From the NCBI RefSeq assembly GCF_004010195.1, contig NC_057718.1, forward strand, positions 101,156,629 through 101,220,628: a stretch of DNA of 64,000 nucleotides, in the 5' to 3' direction. The translations under genes were made by a program, and so were the position numbers. The notes beneath the pieces were generated by a model that worked only from the letters and a program-made list of their open reading frames with translations, was not told the origin of the DNA and did no database searches. The DNA is from Chiloscyllium plagiosum. Its lineage: Eukaryota. Shown here one piece after another: positions 61,711 to 64,000 of this stretch (positions are counted from its first letter, which is position 1; each line of letters starts with the position of its first letter).

Positions 61711-62728
61711 TCTCTAACTGAGCTAAGGCTGACAAGTAGGAGGCTGGAAGAACGCAGCAAGCCAGGTAACATCAGGAGGGGCAGAAGTTTTTATTATTGC
61801 AAAGTAACTGTTCGTATCACCGCAAAGTCTCTTCAAAGGACACCCATTTTTAGGAAATTCTCTGCCTTGTCTCTAACTGAGCTAAGGCCGACAAAATTCT
61901 AGAAACAAATTGGAAAAAGTTTTTTCAATGTTGGGCAAAGTTTATTGCAAATGTGAAACCTTGGAGTGAAGAGGATAAAACAGCTCCAACATGGAGACCA
62001 GTTCAATCAACAGTGGGACAAGAGCAACGAGGAACACATTGTGGAGCTAGCAGCTTCATTTTTTCCTCATTCCATAACTTTTCGGATCACGTTCAGCTTT
62101 TCTCTCTCTGCATCATGGATGCACGTGTGCAAAGGATGGAGGTGCGTTCGTTGTATGTGGTATCAGCCTGGGAAAACTCAGCTCCACCAGCAGCAGGAAG
62201 GCAGCCGATCTAATGTGAATTCCCCAGTTTCTGTCTGCAAGCGTGCAGAAAGCTTGGAAAATAGATCCCCACTGCAACCTTTTGCTCTTTCACTGAATAT
62301 GGATGATGCTTCAGCCTGAGGGGTGTGGAAACCTGAGAAAGCTGCTGTCCAAGCTGAACAGCAGAATCTGTTCAAATAACTACACCGTATTGTTCTGTGG
62401 CAAAATCACAGGGGAGGGGAAGCGCAAGCATACCAAAATGTTTTTCATTTTTGTTCAGCTCTTTTTATAGTGACATAATTTTATTTAAAATGCTCTTTCT
62501 TGTCTCGTGAAATAACTTGATTCCACAAGGGAAGGCAGTACAATTTGAGATGGCCGTAGCTTGCCAGAATATGGTTTGTGTGGGAAATGGGACTTGCCAG
62601 AGACTTAAAGATTTGGCCGGAGCATGATGGTCTTATTCTTAAGGCTTGTTTCTACCTGGTCACGTCATGACAAACAGTCAGGTCACATGCTGCATTATTC
62701 ATGCCCAGGTCAACAGTGATGTGGAGGC

Positions 62729-62878
62729 TGAAAATGTGTTGCTGGAAAAGCGCAGCAGGTCAGGCAGCATCCAAGGAGCAGGATTCTCCTGTTCCTTGGA
62801 TGCTGCCTGACCTGCTGCGCTTTTCCAGCAACACATTTTCAGCTCTGATCGCCAGCATCTGCCGTCCTCACTTTCTCC
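62729..62878. mobile_element. family A palindrome (ribozyme centre deleted) at the end of a family B arm (62882-63005)
   Basis: 15-bp TSD CAGTGATGTGGAGGC at 62714-62728 and 62879-62893. Confidence 0.85.
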
Positions 62879-63007
62879 CAGTGATGTGGAGGCGTCCATG
62901 TTGGACTCGGGTGGACACAGTCAGAGGTCACACAACACCGGGTTATAGTCCAATGGGATTATTTGAAATCACAATTTCAGAGCGCTGTCCCTTCATCAGG
63001 TGAACCT

Positions 63008-63572
63008 GATAGGGGTGTACAAGATGATGAGAGACATAGATAGAGTGTACAAAGTTAAAAATCACGCAACACCAGATTATAGTCCAACAGGTTTATTTGG
63101 AAGCACAAGCTTTCAGAGCGCTGCTCCTTCATCAGATAACTCCACTTGATAAAGGGGCAGCGTTCCGAAAGCTAGTGTTTCCAAATAAACCTGTTGGACT
63201 ATAACCTGGTGTTGTGTGATTTTTAACTTTGTACACCCCAGTCCAACACTGGCACCTCCTCATCATAGATAGAGTGGATAGCCAGAGACTTTTTCATAAG
63301 GTGAAAATGGCTATCATGGAGGGGCATAAGTTTAAGGTGGATTGGAGGAAGGTTTGGGGGAAATGTCAGAGGTAGGTTCTTCACTCAGAGAGTGGTGGGT
63401 GCCTGGAATGCACTGCCTGCAGTGGTAGTAGAGTCAGAGACATTAGGGACATTTAAGTGATTCTTGGATAGGCACATGGAAGTTAGTACAATGGAAGGTA
63501 TGTAGGTTAGTCTGATCTTAGAATAGGATAAAAGTCGACGTAACATCAAAGACCGAACGGTCTTTACTGTTC
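63008..63572 (+). mobile_element. CR1 3' end with family B palindrome at 63048-63263
   Basis: VYKMMRDIDRV / FFTQRVVGAWNALP; TSD CATAGATAGAGTG at 63035 and 63264. Confidence 0.85.
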
Positions 63573-63867
63573 TAAAACATTATGATATTGATTTAAAACA
63601 CTCTTAAAAACCCGCAGGTCTACAATGGTATTCCCTGGAAAGAAATGTTCAGAGCAAGGAGAGCACCGAAGAATGATAAATAATGCTTTATTTCACCGGA
63701 TAAATGGCAGAGAAATGGGCCATTCAGCCCAACCCATCTGTGCTAGCCTGTACAGGCCTTCCGGTGGTTGCGAACAGGTTTGTGTTTTGGAGTTCGTTTG
63801 CAAGTCGATTTGTATACACGTACAATTAAAATAGCTGTTTGTAGCTATGGGAAACATTCTAATGCCC

Positions 63868-64000
63868 GGGGCGGCACGGTGGCTCAGTGGTTAGCACTGC
63901 TGCCTCACACCGCCAGGGACCCGGGTTCAATTCCAGCTTTGGGCAACTGTCTGTGTGGAGTTTGCACATTCTCCCCGTGTCCGTGTGGGTTTCCTCCCAC
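63868..64000 (+). mobile_element. HE1-type V-SINE 5' part, runs off window edge
   Basis: GGGGCGGCACGGTGGCTCAGTGGTTAGCACTGCTGCCTCAC..GGGTTCAATTCC. Confidence 0.92.

Noticed and set aside
63868..63945. tRNA gene
   Set aside because: The tRNA-like head continues into the V-SINE core, so it is an HE1 SINE; the same applies to the other A/B-box hits.

Overview
Vertebrate, almost certainly elasmobranch (shark), genomic DNA that looks intronic or intergenic; the taxon is inferred from HE1-type V-SINEs and HER1/CR1 LINE tails. No multi-exon protein-coding gene could be identified, and the long ORFs in the track are tandem-repeat or N-gap artefacts or decayed retroelement fragments. The window is dominated by 5'-truncated CR1/HER1 LINEs, L2 and Rex1/Babar remnants, at least four tRNA-derived SINE families, a few LTR-like and DNA-transposon remnants, and two large minisatellites. 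The most striking system is a set of about 30 short (~50-270 bp) inserts from at least five sequence families. Many are fold-back palindromes flanked by 10-17 bp target-site duplications and carry a minimal type-I hammerhead ribozyme core (CUGANGA-N-stem II-GAAA-NNUH), with stem-II covariation and U3-A8 variants. One family is physically joined to a Penelope GIY-YIG endonuclease fragment, which points to non-autonomous, ribozyme-bearing Penelope pLTR derivatives. Other notable items are three stacked insertions at one 14-bp target site, a strong 35-nt micro-exon candidate, and local duplications or inversions inside CR1 copies. Repeat boundaries were read by eye (roughly +/-10-30 bp), and family names are by recognition, not database search.
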